The position numbers and the translations under genes are program-made. Source: Somniosus microcephalus (lineage: Eukaryota). Taken from it: a stretch of 64,000 nucleotides of DNA. The stretch's first letter is position 1. The number at the start of each line of letters is the position of its first letter. The DNA is taken from positions 39,990,001-40,054,000 of the forward strand of contig CM126224.1 of assembly GCA_052327205.1 (NCBI GenBank), in the 5' to 3' direction. Positions 49,289 to 60,765 of this stretch are shown here, piece after piece. The notes under the pieces were generated by a model, which was not told where the DNA came from, searched no databases, and saw only the letters and a program-made list of their open reading frames with translations.

Positions 49289-51541
49289 TGGTTTTTAAGA
49301 AGGTGAGTGACAGAAGTGGCTGGAGCAGTACGGCCATTGTGCTGTGGTAGAGTTACCAGTCTGGCTAATTTCCTCTGGTTGCTAAGGGCATCGTAAACAA
49401 GATTTCCTCAAGTTAGTATTTCTCGAGAAATCATAAGTATGTTTTTGAATTCAATAACTATTTTGCCAGAGATGCTACTCAATGCAACCCCTCCTGAATT
49501 TGTTCACAATGCACAAAGCACCTGTAAAAACTCACTCTCATCGCCACCTGTTAGTAAGCAGAAAATATCATCACATCGCTACTTGCGCCTTATGGTGAAA
49601 CTATTTGGCAAAGTGAGACCTCGAAATTGGCACTTTTATCATGCCCATAGCTGGCTAACATGGTGGCATTATGTTAGAGCTTGTTTTGAATGGGCTGGCC
49701 CTGACTACTGAGGTGATTGCACCTTTTTACAGCAGAGCAGACCAAGCACTGTCTTAAGAGGAGCCCAGTGTTCGAAAAAAGAGAACATTTGCCTTTTAAA
49801 GCTCAGAAGCAATACAAGTATCCCCCCAAAAATATCCAAATAACAAATACCAGGGAGGCAGCAGGAGATGAGAACGATGGAATGAGTGTCGGAACTTTGC
49901 CATAGTCTGCACCTTGTTGGCAAGCATTACGTGTCTCCCAAGAAGGACATTATAGTCAAGGTCAATTCAACTCGGACATTTCAAAGTCTGCTTGTCTTCA
50001 GGGTACAATGGCTGTCAAGCATAATTCAACTTAAACACATCTTACATGGCACTAAAGCAGATATTTAGACTTTTACGGTCTATTGGCGATGTAGCAAGGA
50101 GGACATGAAGATTGCCAGATCGCCAACAGAGAATGGGCCATACATTCACTTTACTGCTCCAATAAATTTAATACATATTGAATATGCGCAGCAGTAGAAT
50201 GCAGGAAACACAGTCCACTGGTGATGTCAGGAAAACACAAGGAACAAGCCAGAGAGGGTTCTCAGTATTTGAAGTTGGGGTAGACTCCTGTTTTTCAGTC
50301 ATTTCCAAATCTGTAGATTGATTTATGGCACCTACTCATTTGGTCTAATAATAATAAAAATATACATACATTGAGTTTTGGAGATGAACAATTTCAAAAT
50401 GATGAAGGCACTGCCCAGTTTGCAATTGACCCATACACTCCAACAAGGTCACTCCTTGCGTACGCTGAATGATCTGACCTCAGGCAGGGTAGGGGTACAG
50501 ATGGACATTAGCCAGGGACTCTGGCTGTAAAATGCATGTATGAGTTTTGGGCTTATATGTAAGGTCACCCACCATCGAGTAACCTGCCAACACTAACCGT
50601 CTTAGCTCACAGGTCAAGAATGGGCAATTGGGTCAGGTACAACACTTCAGTGTCAGTCAGCACCTTCAGGAAAGGAAAAGATGGGAGGATTTAAAAAAAA
50701 AAGAAACAGATGTTGATCACATAAGTTGCTCTACAACAAATGGAAATTTGACTTCTCAATCAACTTTCCTGTCCATATAGTGGATTGAAAAGTTTACCTT
50801 CTTTGCATTTAACAGTTGCAATGTTTTTGAAGAGCTGGCGCCCTCGATACTATATTAAAAGTTAGCAGACTTCAAATATCTTCCTGTTGCTGTGCTAAGA
50901 TACAAGAAGTCGCATTTCTATATCATTTTTAAACCTGCCAGGGCACTCCATAGAGGCATGAGGATGCTGTTCTGGTTGTTAACTTTGCCCAGACTGATAA
51001 TTGAACCTAGGACCTAGGCTGTGTGATTTGACACCCACCAACAGTGTTCTTATTCAGTGAACCAGAGAGAAGTTCACTAGTTTTGGTTCTGGTGTAAAGA
51101 TTCCAGTCATCCCTTTCTGGAGCAGTGTGCCTGGTGTAGTAGTTTGTAAGTCTATTACTTACCACTCATTTTGTGGTTCATTCTTGTTATTTATGAACCG
51201 CTTTTTGTCAGCAGCGTTATATCTTGCTGTGGAGGCCTGTCTGGCTGCATGTCTACATAATGTTGCTCTGTGTGTTATGTTTCTGGGAATGGCAATGCGC
51301 AGTCTTCTGAATTTACTGTCTTGGAGCATTTTGTTGACATTTATTATACAAGCTTGCTGTATTATTTGTTTTGTATAATTCCCACAGTGTTACGAAAGGC
51401 AGTATTTATAAGATATGAGGATCTTGAGATATTTGTGGCTTTTCTTGTTGCCTAAATTTCATGACTAACAATTGAATTGCTTTATTTAAATCAGCCAATA
51501 AGCTCCATAATAGCACCCTAGTGTTCACACCAAAAGGATTA

Positions 51542-51992
51542 ACATAGAAACATAGGAGATAGGAGCAGGAGTAGGCCATTCGGCCCTTCGAGCCTGCTCC
51601 GCCATTCAATGAGCTCATGGCTGATCATCCAAATTCAGTACCCTGTCCCTGCCTTCTCCCCATATCCCTTGATCCCTTTAGCCTTAAGAAATATATCCAA
51701 CTCTTTCTTGAATATATTTAATGAACTGGCCTCCACCGCCCTCTGTGGCAGAGAATTCCACAGGTTCACCACTCTCTGGGTGAAGAAATTCCTCCTCATA
51801 AATGTCCTACCCCTTATCCTTAGACTATGACCCCTGGTTCTGGACTCCCCGACCATCAGGAACATCCTTCCAGCATCTAGTCTGTCCAGGCCTGACAGAA
51901 TTTTATAGGTTTCGATGAGATCCCCTCTCAATCTTCTAAACTCCAGTGAGTATAAGCCCAATCGACACAATCTCTCCTCATACGTCATTCCT
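51542..51992 (-). mobile_element. CR1 3' fragment
   Basis: ORF 51635-51988 MTYEERL..LGLYSLEFRRLRGDLIETYKI; catagaaa tail. Confidence 0.92.
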
Positions 51993-52103
51993 GCTCCTCA
52001 TACGTCATTATGGTTAGTACTCAATTTTATTGATATTATCATGGTCGATGCTCCTCTTATTTTTTGTCTTTTGTTCCTCCTAAGCTCACACTAGGCCATC
52101 CTA

Positions 52104-52563
52104 TACATAGAAACATAGAAGATAGGAGCAGGAGTAGGCCATTCGGCCCCTCGAGCCTGCTCCGCCATTCAATGAGATTCAATACTCTGTCCCTGCTTTC
52201 TCCCCATATCCCTTGATCTCTTTAGCCTAAAGAAATATATCTAACTCCTTCTTGAATATATTTAATAAGTTGGCCTCAACTGCCTTCTGTGGTAGAGAAT
52301 TCCACAGGTTCACCACTCTCTGGGTGAAGAAATTCCTCCTCATCTCTGTCCTAAATGGCTTACCCCTTATCCTTAGACTGTGACCCCTGGTTCTGGACTC
52401 CCCGACCATCGGGAACATCCTTCCTGCATCTAGTCTGTCTAGTCCTGTTAGAATTTTATAAGTTTAAATGAGATCCCCTCTCATTCTTCTAAACTCTAGC
52501 GAGTATAAGCCCAATCGACCCAATCTCTCCTCATACGTCATTCCTGCCATCCCAGGTATCAGC
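52104..52563 (-). mobile_element. CR1 3' fragment
   Basis: Same subfamily as 6681-7772 and 51542-51992. Confidence 0.92.
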
Positions 52564-54473
52564 CCTTCCTTTCTCCTTCATTGCCCAGGTGTTGAAATAA
52601 AGATATATTGCGCCCTCTCCCATCCTAAATATATTATTTCAGAGGGCCTCAGATCTGTGGAACACTTTAGTTTACCTCAGTCTTCCCTTTCACTTGCAAG
52701 CTATAGACTTTTAAAGGGTCAGCTTGGCATTGCTCAATATCTACTCCACAACTTACCTCATCTCTTTCCTTTTCAAACGCAGCAGCATCCCAAACTATGG
52801 ACCTCGGCCATCACCTAGTTCAAACTGAATATTCTCACAGTTTTGTTGATTATGGAGAAAAATAAGTGTTTTTTTTTAATAAGAGGAGTCTCAGGAAACT
52901 GGGAATAAGATTGGAGGTTATAAGATAGATATGGATGATGAAATGTAACATGGTACACAGAAGCCCTGTGCTCGTAAAGGGGCGTGGAGGTGTTATCTGC
53001 AGAGGGGAGCAGTTCAGGGCTGAATAATAAAAATGCAAGAGTGGATAAATAATTTTGCTTAATTACTTCTGGCAATCAGAAAGTGTTCAAACAGAAGTTT
53101 CCCTCAGGAGGTTAGATGGTTACATCTTAACAATCCAGGATAAGATTGTACCTAGTCCTTGGAATGACTGGGCTGATGGGCCAAATGCTCTTTTCTTGAA
53201 TCATATTCTCTTTGCTCTTATTTTACAAAGTTGATATTTTGAAAAGATATTGGGGATAAGAAAGCGCAACCTACAAGACACCGCTTCTAATGATTGGCAC
53301 AATAAATATATAAGGCTCCATCTTGAAAAAAAAATTGAAAGACCAATTAAAATAACAAAAGAGATAAAAATGATTGTGCAAAGTGAAAAATCAGCAAACA
53401 CTGTCCTGACAGGAGAGCGAATGGCCAAGCGACGGTTTGGGTTCTTGTAAGCTGAGCAGTGTGCAGAAGGCCAGCTGTTGTGGTAATTCTCTTCAGTTGT
53501 TCTATACAGTTTATTCAAAGCCGCTAGTGGCGTGGCCTATTGCATTACCCAGTACAATTGACCAAAATTCTGAAATCTCAACACATTAATTCACAGCACA
53601 ATATTTATATTGGCAGGAAATAATAGCAAAATATCAGAGGGAGCAGCCACTTTTTTCTTGTCTGCTCAGACTGTATTCTTCAATCCTCCAGCTTTCTAGC
53701 AGACACTCTCGCTGGTCTGGTAACATGGTTAGATTTGGTGGATATCCATTTGCATCGGAAATTTGGAACAAATAAAAAATTCTACGCATCTGGGACCATA
53801 GTGAGCACAATAAAACTGTTCAGAATAGGTGACTGGGTCAAATGTAGAAAGAGCTCGATGAAGCTCGGAGGACTATTAAATAAACACACATTTTACACAG
53901 GCCATGGTTAGAAAAGTTACAATAAAAATAAACAAAAAGGGAAGAAAATAGTAGACGACTAAAGAGAAAAACTCATATAAGGCAACTGATTGCAAAATCC
54001 TCTGGGATTGGATAGGATTAGTTTCAGAGACCTGTAGGAACGCAGACCTGTTGGAATATTTGGCGAGTTTTATAACCTCTTGAAGGATTCAAGGGTGAAA
54101 AATGGATAAATCCTTTGGGATTTGTTATCAGAAATAATTATTTGCAGCTTTCTTCAAAAGATGACTATATTAATGTACAGTAAACTTTACAATATCCAGA
54201 GCTGTTAAATTATTGCACACGGGTTATTTGGATTTTTAAAATGGAAAATTTACAGTCTTACAATTGGCACAGGTGAAAAAGGGAGCCTCACAGAGCTATT
54301 GAAAAAAATGACATTTGGACCCACATTTGATCCCTGGTTTGCTCCGAGTTATGTAGGAGCACAGCATTTGACCTGAGCTCCCTTAGGTTAGGGAGGAAAA
54401 TTCGACCGATTGCTATCCAGAGAGACTTGCTGTAATTTGTGCCTATTAAGTGGAATTCAAAGTCACAAACAAT

Positions 54474-54594
54474 GGGGTCGATTTTAACTGTTCCTGCCAG
54501 GAGGGAAATAAATTAAGGAGTTAATGGAAAGGTAACTTTGGCCAACCCACTGGCACTTGTTTCTCATCTGGTGTGAACAGTTAAAATCGACCCC
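54474..54594. mobile_element. 121-bp PIF/Harbinger-like MITE
   Basis: Perfect 20-bp TIR ggggtcgattttaactgttc with 3-bp TSD AAT on both sides. Confidence 0.85.
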
Positions 54595-55173
54595 AATATT
54601 TATTTCATGATCTGTATCTAACTGCATGATGATAAATTCATCAATTCCTCGTGCCAGTGGGGAGCCATGCTTGAATGAAGTAGTTCAGCGATACCAGGCC
54701 ACAGTGAGCCGCCCTATTTCCAAATCGCACTTCCTCTGAACACAGCTCCCCACCAGGACAGCAGGATTGGGGAATTTACCCTACTGTTTTCCGCTGTGGT
54801 ATATTATTTTTATGCCAGTCATTTTCTGACCAACAAACCCAACTTGCAAACTGGTAGTGTGGTGAGGGTCTTCTGCGCTATCATGGTTGTACAGTGCAGC
54901 CCACAGTTGCGTGTCCATTACAACCAAGGTCACGAATTGGCTTTAGATTCCACTGACCATATACATGTTTAGAATTCACTCCATAAGCAATGTTATTCTG
55001 TGTAATTTGTATTAATTAGGTGCTTGTGTTCCAACGCCCCCCTACCCCCACCAACAGTTTGCATTCCTGAAATTTAACAGTACTGTGTTTGGATGATGTG
55101 CTTGTGAAGCGATCAGAATGTGATAAAGTCGCTGTGAGAAGCTGGACAGGTGATTATGAAGAGATGGCCAGGC

Positions 55174-55555
55174 TTGGGCAAGGTGAGCGAGGGGATGGTC
55201 AGAGTTGGGCAAGGTGAGTGAGGGGATGGTCAGAGTTGGGCAAGGTGAGCGAGGGGATGGTCAGAGTTGGGCAAGGTGAGAGAGGGGATGGTCAGAGTTG
55301 GGCAAGGTGAGTGAGGGGATGGTCAGAGTTGGGCAAGGTGAGTGAGGGGATGGTCAGAGTTGGGCAAGGTGAGTGAGGGGATGGTCAGAGTTGGGCAAGG
55401 TGAGCGAGGGGATGGTCAGAGTTGGGCAAGGTGAGTGAGGGATGGTCAGAGTTGGGCAAGGTGAGTGAGGGATGGTCAGAGTTGGGCAAAGTGAGTGAGG
55501 GGATGGTCAGAGTTGGGCAAGGTGAGTGAGGGGATGGTCAGAGTTGAGCAAAGTG
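55174..55555. repeat. G-rich minisatellite, about 12 copies of a 31-bp unit
   Basis: Unit ttgggcaaggtgag(t/c/a)gaggggatggtcagag; two 30-bp variants; degenerate units extend to about 55141 and 55625. Confidence 0.95.
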
Positions 55556-56047
55556 ACTATGAGGAGTTGGTCAAGTTAGGATGAGGTGACGGAAGAAGCA
55601 GCCAGGCTCATGCAAGGTGACTACTGGAACAGATTTAGATGAGTTAACTGAGGAGGCTAGATTCACTCAGGTTACTCTGAGGAGGCAAGTCAAATTCATC
55701 AGTGAAAATTAATGGTCGGTTCACCCTACAGAAATCATAGCACATTAAGTCTATGATGCAGGTGTAGATCTGTACCTTCTGATGTATAGATGTGCAATTT
55801 GTTGAAAATACAGAGAATGAACGTATCTCATGACCTTTGCCTTTCATCAACCAATTTTCAAGCTCAGCATTGCAAGATTTTGAACATTCAGACATTCTGT
55901 GCACCTGGGATATAAATAGTACAATTGTACAATAGTAAAATTGTTAAAAATCAATGACTGGGGCAAACTAGAACGAGACTCTCGGCAGGTTGCTGGGGTA
56001 CGTGACAATATACCTCATCAACACTGTCGCTCCTTGCTTTTGTAGTC

Positions 56048-56590
56048 TTCTTTCGTATGGTAGTAGCAAAGCAAATCAGATGTCAATATCTAAGTTGGCC
56101 AACAGCGTGGATATCTTGTAGACTACCTGCGAATTTCCTCTGAGGGCAGTGCTCAATGATGTGCTCCAGGGTCTGATCAGGAGCTCCACAGTCGCATGAT
56201 GGGGATGCTTTAATCTTCCATCTATGGAGAAGGTGGCAGCATCTACCATGACCAGTTCTGTGGCAGTTGATGGTTGTCCACTGTTTGCAATAAAGGTTTG
56301 ATCCTTCAGTTTGTACTGTGGGGTCCTCTACAGTTCTTCCAAGCATTTCGTCATCGGTCATCAAGGCTGAGGGGAGATCGCTGAAGGGCTTCGGCGATGG
56401 TCCAAAATGGCCTACTAGATTTGAGACGGGTTGGTGGTAGGTTGTTCAACTCGGCCTGGATCGTGTCTTTGCTGGTGTAGCGGTTGTATTCACTGGAGAC
56501 TGCATATTCGCGACGTAAGTGTGGTGGTGCGATGTTTGCAAGCACGGGCAGCCAAGGCGTTGGTGTCGATAAAAGCATACCGGTGATCAT
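56048..56590 (-). mobile_element. Vingi/Ingi-like non-LTR retrotransposon 3' fragment
   Basis: TPTPWLPVLANIAPPHLRR and the C-terminal zinc knuckle CDCGAPDQTLEHIIEHC. Perfect 10-bp TSD ttttgtagtc at 56038-56047 and 56591-56600. Confidence 0.85.
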
Positions 56591-57094
56591 TTTTGTAGTC
56601 AATTTCATCTGTGAAATATCTAAATACCACAGCTGGCAGCTGGTATCCTCAATAATTGAATTCTGGACCCTTGACAGCCATCTCTGTACACCATGTAACA
56701 GATATCTTGTTTTATCCTATGTTTAACTATAACAAAAAGATGTTTTGTTTAAATTATTTGGAGGCTTTTTTGAATATCAAGGTCACTCCTGCACTTTTGG
56801 CTTGAAAGGGCTGAGGCCCCTTATAGCGTACCTATCGCTGGCCCAGCCAACTAAACACAGACTGTGGTGGAGGTGGGGGGGATCAAACCACAATGCTTCC
56901 AGGCAAATGCACTTGTCAACTGAACCACAAGCAAAGCGCCTACTTTAGGTTTATTAATGCATATTGAGGTGGGCAGGAACAGGAAAAGCAAGGCCATTTT
57001 GCTGCATGTATCTGTATGAATCCTGGGGCTATAATATTCTGCTCAATTTCCAGCAGTTCTAACGTTTCCATCATTTATTTCCTCCCTCCTGCAG

Positions 57095-57263
57095 TTGTGT
57101 CCACTACTCTTGTGAAGCCACTGACTGTCAAGAGCTCAACCTCAAAAATGCAGTGCTGAACTGTACCGGAACTGGGCGCTACAATGGGGACCAATGCACC
57201 GTGTCCTGCAAGCAAGGCTACGTGCTTCACCTGCGAAGAGACGAAGACACCTCCAAGCGTCAG
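57095..57263 (+). CDS. PAPPA: PAPPA internal coding exon F (SCVHYSCEATDCQELNLKNAVLNCTGTGRYNGDQCTVSCKQGYVLHLRRDEDTSKRQ), start of CCP/sushi 1
   Basis: tgcag| acceptor and |gtcagt donor; 169 nt; phase continues from exon E (AG+T = Ser). Homologous to human SCVHFACEKTDCPELAVENASLNCSSSDRYHGAQCTVSCRTGYVL. Confidence 0.96.
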
Positions 57264-57783
57264 GTCAGTTTATGCTCTTAATATTTTTGAGACGGCCAAC
57301 AACAAAGAATTTCAATATTCCACTCAGCTATTTCACAAACCTATCAGGTTGACACTAGCCATGCTTTGTCTTGTATTTCTTTAGAATATATTCAACATAT
57401 CAAAGGAATAGCATTGGCAGTAGCAGCATTGGCTTAGAGCACTAAAGCTGGCGTTAATATTTCTAAATAGACATCATTGTTTATGACTGCTGGAAATTGA
57501 GTAGAAGATTACAGCCCCAGGGTGTAAGAAAACGCTGTAAATTCTTTGATGTTATGTCAAAGTTGTTGTTTGTTGGCTCACAGTACATGTTTCAAACTTC
57601 ACTGTGTGGTTTTAAGAGGCAAAAAGGAGGTTGACTGGGATTAGACCAACCATTACACCTACTGATGAGCACTGTCTCTTTCCTCTGTTGCTTCTCGAGT
57701 GATGCCATTCCAGCCCAGTCACCTGTCTGGCACTCAGGCTCAGTTGCTCTTCCAAGAGAATTTCGGCCAGTATTGTCTTCAAA

Positions 57784-59178
57784 AACAGCAACTTGTATTT
57801 ATATAGCGCCTTTAATGTAGTAAAACGTCCCAAGGTGCTTCACAGGAGCATTAAAAGACAAAAAATTTGACACCGAGCCACATAAGGAGAAATTAGGGCA
57901 AGCGACCAAAAGCTTGGTCAAAGAGGCAGGTTTTAAGGAGTGTCTTAAAGGAGGAAAGAGAGGTAGAGGGGCGGAGAGGTTTAGGCAGGGAATTCCAGAG
58001 CTTAGGACCGAGGCAACAGAAGGCACAGCCACCAAAGGTTGAGCGATTCTAATCAGGGATGCTCAAGAGGGCAGAATTAGAGGAGCGCAGATATCTCGGG
58101 GGGATTGTGGGGCTTAAGGAGATTCTTCTTAGGCAGTCCCTCGGAACCGAGGATGACTTGCTTTCACATTAAAAATGAGTTTGCAGGTGACTGATGAGTC
58201 CAATGCGGGACCTACAGTCTCTGTCACAGGTGGGGCAGACGGTGGGGTGCTTGGGTTGACGTGCACTGCTTGCGCTGCCTGCGCTTGGCTTCCGCTTGCT
58301 CCCGTCAAAGAGACTCGAGGTGTTCGGCGCCTTCCCGGATGCTTCTCCTCCACTTTGTGCCGGCTTGGGCCAGGGATTCCCAGGTGTCAGTGGGGATGTT
58401 ACACTTTTTCAAGGAGGCTTTGAGGGTGTCCTTGAAGCATTTCCTCTGCCCACCTGGGGCTCTCTTGCCGTGTCGGAGCTCCGAGTAGAGCGCTTGTTTT
58501 GGGAGTCTCATATGGGGCATGCGGACAATGTGACCCGTCCATCGGAGCTGATTGAGCGTGGTCAAAGCTTCAATGCTGGGGATGTTGGAGATAAGGAGAT
58601 TACAGAGATAGGGAGGGGCGAGGCCATGGAGGGATTTGAAAACAAGGATGAGAATTTTGAAATCGAGGCGTTGCTTAATGGGAAGCCAATGTAGGTTAGC
58701 GAGCACAGGGGTGATGGGTGAACGGGACTTTGTGCGAGTTAGGACACGGGCAGTCCTCAAGTTTACCTCGAGTAAACCTCAAGTTTACGTAGGGTAGAAT
58801 GTGGGAGGCCAGCCAGGAGTGCATTGGAATAGGCAAGTCTAGAGGTAACAGGCATGGATGAGGGTTTCAGCAGCGGATGAGCTGAGGCAAGGGCGGAGAC
58901 GGGCAATGTTACGGAGGTGGAAATAGGCGGTCTTAGTTATGCTATGGATATGTGGTCATAAGCTAATTTCAGGGTCAAATATGACACCAAGGTTGTGAGC
59001 AGTGCGATTCAGCCTCAGACAGATGTTAGAGAGAAGGATGGAGTCAGTGGCTAGGGAACGGAGTTTGTGGCAGGGACTGAAAACAATGGCTTCGGTCTTC
59101 CCAATATTTAATTGGAGAACATTTCTGCTCATCCGGAACTGGATGTCGGACAAGCAGTCTGACAATTTAGAGACTGTG
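57784..59178 (-). mobile_element. L2 LINE 3' portion, interrupted by an RTE
   Basis: CLSDIQ..MS.N.LQLNIGKTEAIVF and PITPVLANLHWLPIKQRLDFKIL motifs; L2 3' tail. Confidence 0.92.
58125..58591 (-). mobile_element. RTE (BovB-like clade) LINE 3' fragment
   Basis: QLRWTGHIVRMP..RLPKQALYSEL..GKR..GGQRK.FKDTLK motif and a gaa-repeat tail. 10-bp TSD taaggagatt at 58115-58124 and 58592-58601. Confidence 0.9.
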
Positions 59179-59549
59179 GCGTGCTCAATGCTTTCACAAA
59201 AATACTTCAGGTAGAAGAAAAATAGTTTGACGTCACTATTGCTGAGAAATGGTGTAAAATGTCATAGACACATATTACATTAAGACGTCTGATTGGGAGC
59301 CTGGGAAGAATCAACTTGGGAGGGTTTTTAAAAAATAAAACAGGATACTACTATAAAATTACATTTCCTATCATCCCTTGCGCATGTTCGCATTGGTAGC
59401 AATGATTTAAAATCGACTGCAAATACCAAGTTAAGAAGCTCCCAAATTCACAAAATCATTGCACTTACAAAATACTAGTCAGGTGGAACTCCAAAAGAGT
59501 ATTTTATTTCTACCAGGTCTAATCAGTGGGCCAGTTAATCATTTTATAT

Positions 59550-59878
59550 CGGCAGATAGGTGAGCACCCGACTTGCCCATAGAGAAAATTCACTTGGATA
59601 ATTGCAGTAGAAAAGGAGTACCACTACTTCAAGTTAATCCTTTAAGATCTTCTGATCTCATGGACTGGTTTCGATCGCCTGAAGGGATCAGGGAGGAATT
59701 TTACAGAGTATTTTTTCCCACTTCTTGGCCCTGTTTTTTCAGCTCTCCCCGGAGACTACATGGCGGCGGGGTGGGGGTGAGGTGGGTGGTAAGAAGTGTT
59801 TAGCCATGATGGTCCGATGGGCAGGCTTGATGGACCGGCTGGTCTTTTCCTGCCCGTCAATTTTGGATGTTTGTATGC
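59550..59878 (+). mobile_element. CR1-like 3' UTR fragment
   Basis: Tail ggcttgatggaccggctggtcttttcctgccc...atgtttgtatg; a short related tail lies at ~38960-39005. Confidence 0.55.
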
Positions 59879-60765
59879 AAGCACTTCTTGCATGAGACAG
59901 CTTGTTTCAAAAATATAACTTAAATGCATACTGAGCTAGAATATTAGTTTTTTATATCTTACTCCTGGGTCCCTGTTCAAGTCAGCACACAGCTGTTTTA
60001 AGTTGGCATACTCCATAAAACTGAATGTGAATTGCCAACTAAAGGCAGCTACAAGCTGACTAAACAAAACAGGTTCTTGTTTTCAGTTGCTTTGCATTGT
60101 TCTTTGGGTCTGTATGGCTTACTGAAGCCCCAGCCTTTTTGCTGATATTAACAATATATACAGGGCGGCAAATTGTTCCAAAATCGACCATCCAAAAAAG
60201 CATGTATCCATATCCTAAGAAAAAAAAGTTCAAAGATGTTAAAATATCACAAACCCCAGAGGTCCTAGAACTGGTTAAAAACTTGCTGGGTGTTTTTGTT
60301 TTACTAAAACATACACCTTAAGCAGGTCCTTCTCCCTAAGGTTGATGCTATTTTGTAAATAGTACAGCACAGAAGGAGGCCATTCGGCCCAACGAGCCTG
60401 CACCCTATTTGAAAGAAAATAAACAAAAATACATTTTTCAGTAGAACAGTGGAAGAGACAACACACTGGGTGTAACATTTCTGGTACATTTCATGAATCT
60501 GCCATAATTCATCACCTGCTCAGCTAGTTCACTGACATAATTGAAAACAGAATCCATTTTCTCTTTGTTGCTCTGATAAGGCCACCAAAACCTTTACAGT
60601 GTTCACACCAAATTCTGAAACTGTGGTAATGTTGGAGTGCATTTTCCCATTTGTTTATGTGGACACAAACGGCGGTCTTTGAAACTAGCATTATACTTAA
60701 GATGGCTTTTTCATGAGCATTAGTGAAAGGACCAAAATATCTCTCATATACTTTGTGCATTCAAT

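Noticed and set aside
4050-57263. Assignment of the gene to PAPPA2
   Set aside because: DEPSRCYFHDGDGVC, CPGWVIIG and VC..RVIDLS match PAPPA; PAPPA2 differs at these positions as I recall it (GEPSLCYMYEGDGIC, CPVSLVTG).
57184-57384. 66-aa ORF over exon F
   Set aside because: It is an off-frame reading of the PAPPA exon that continues into the intron.
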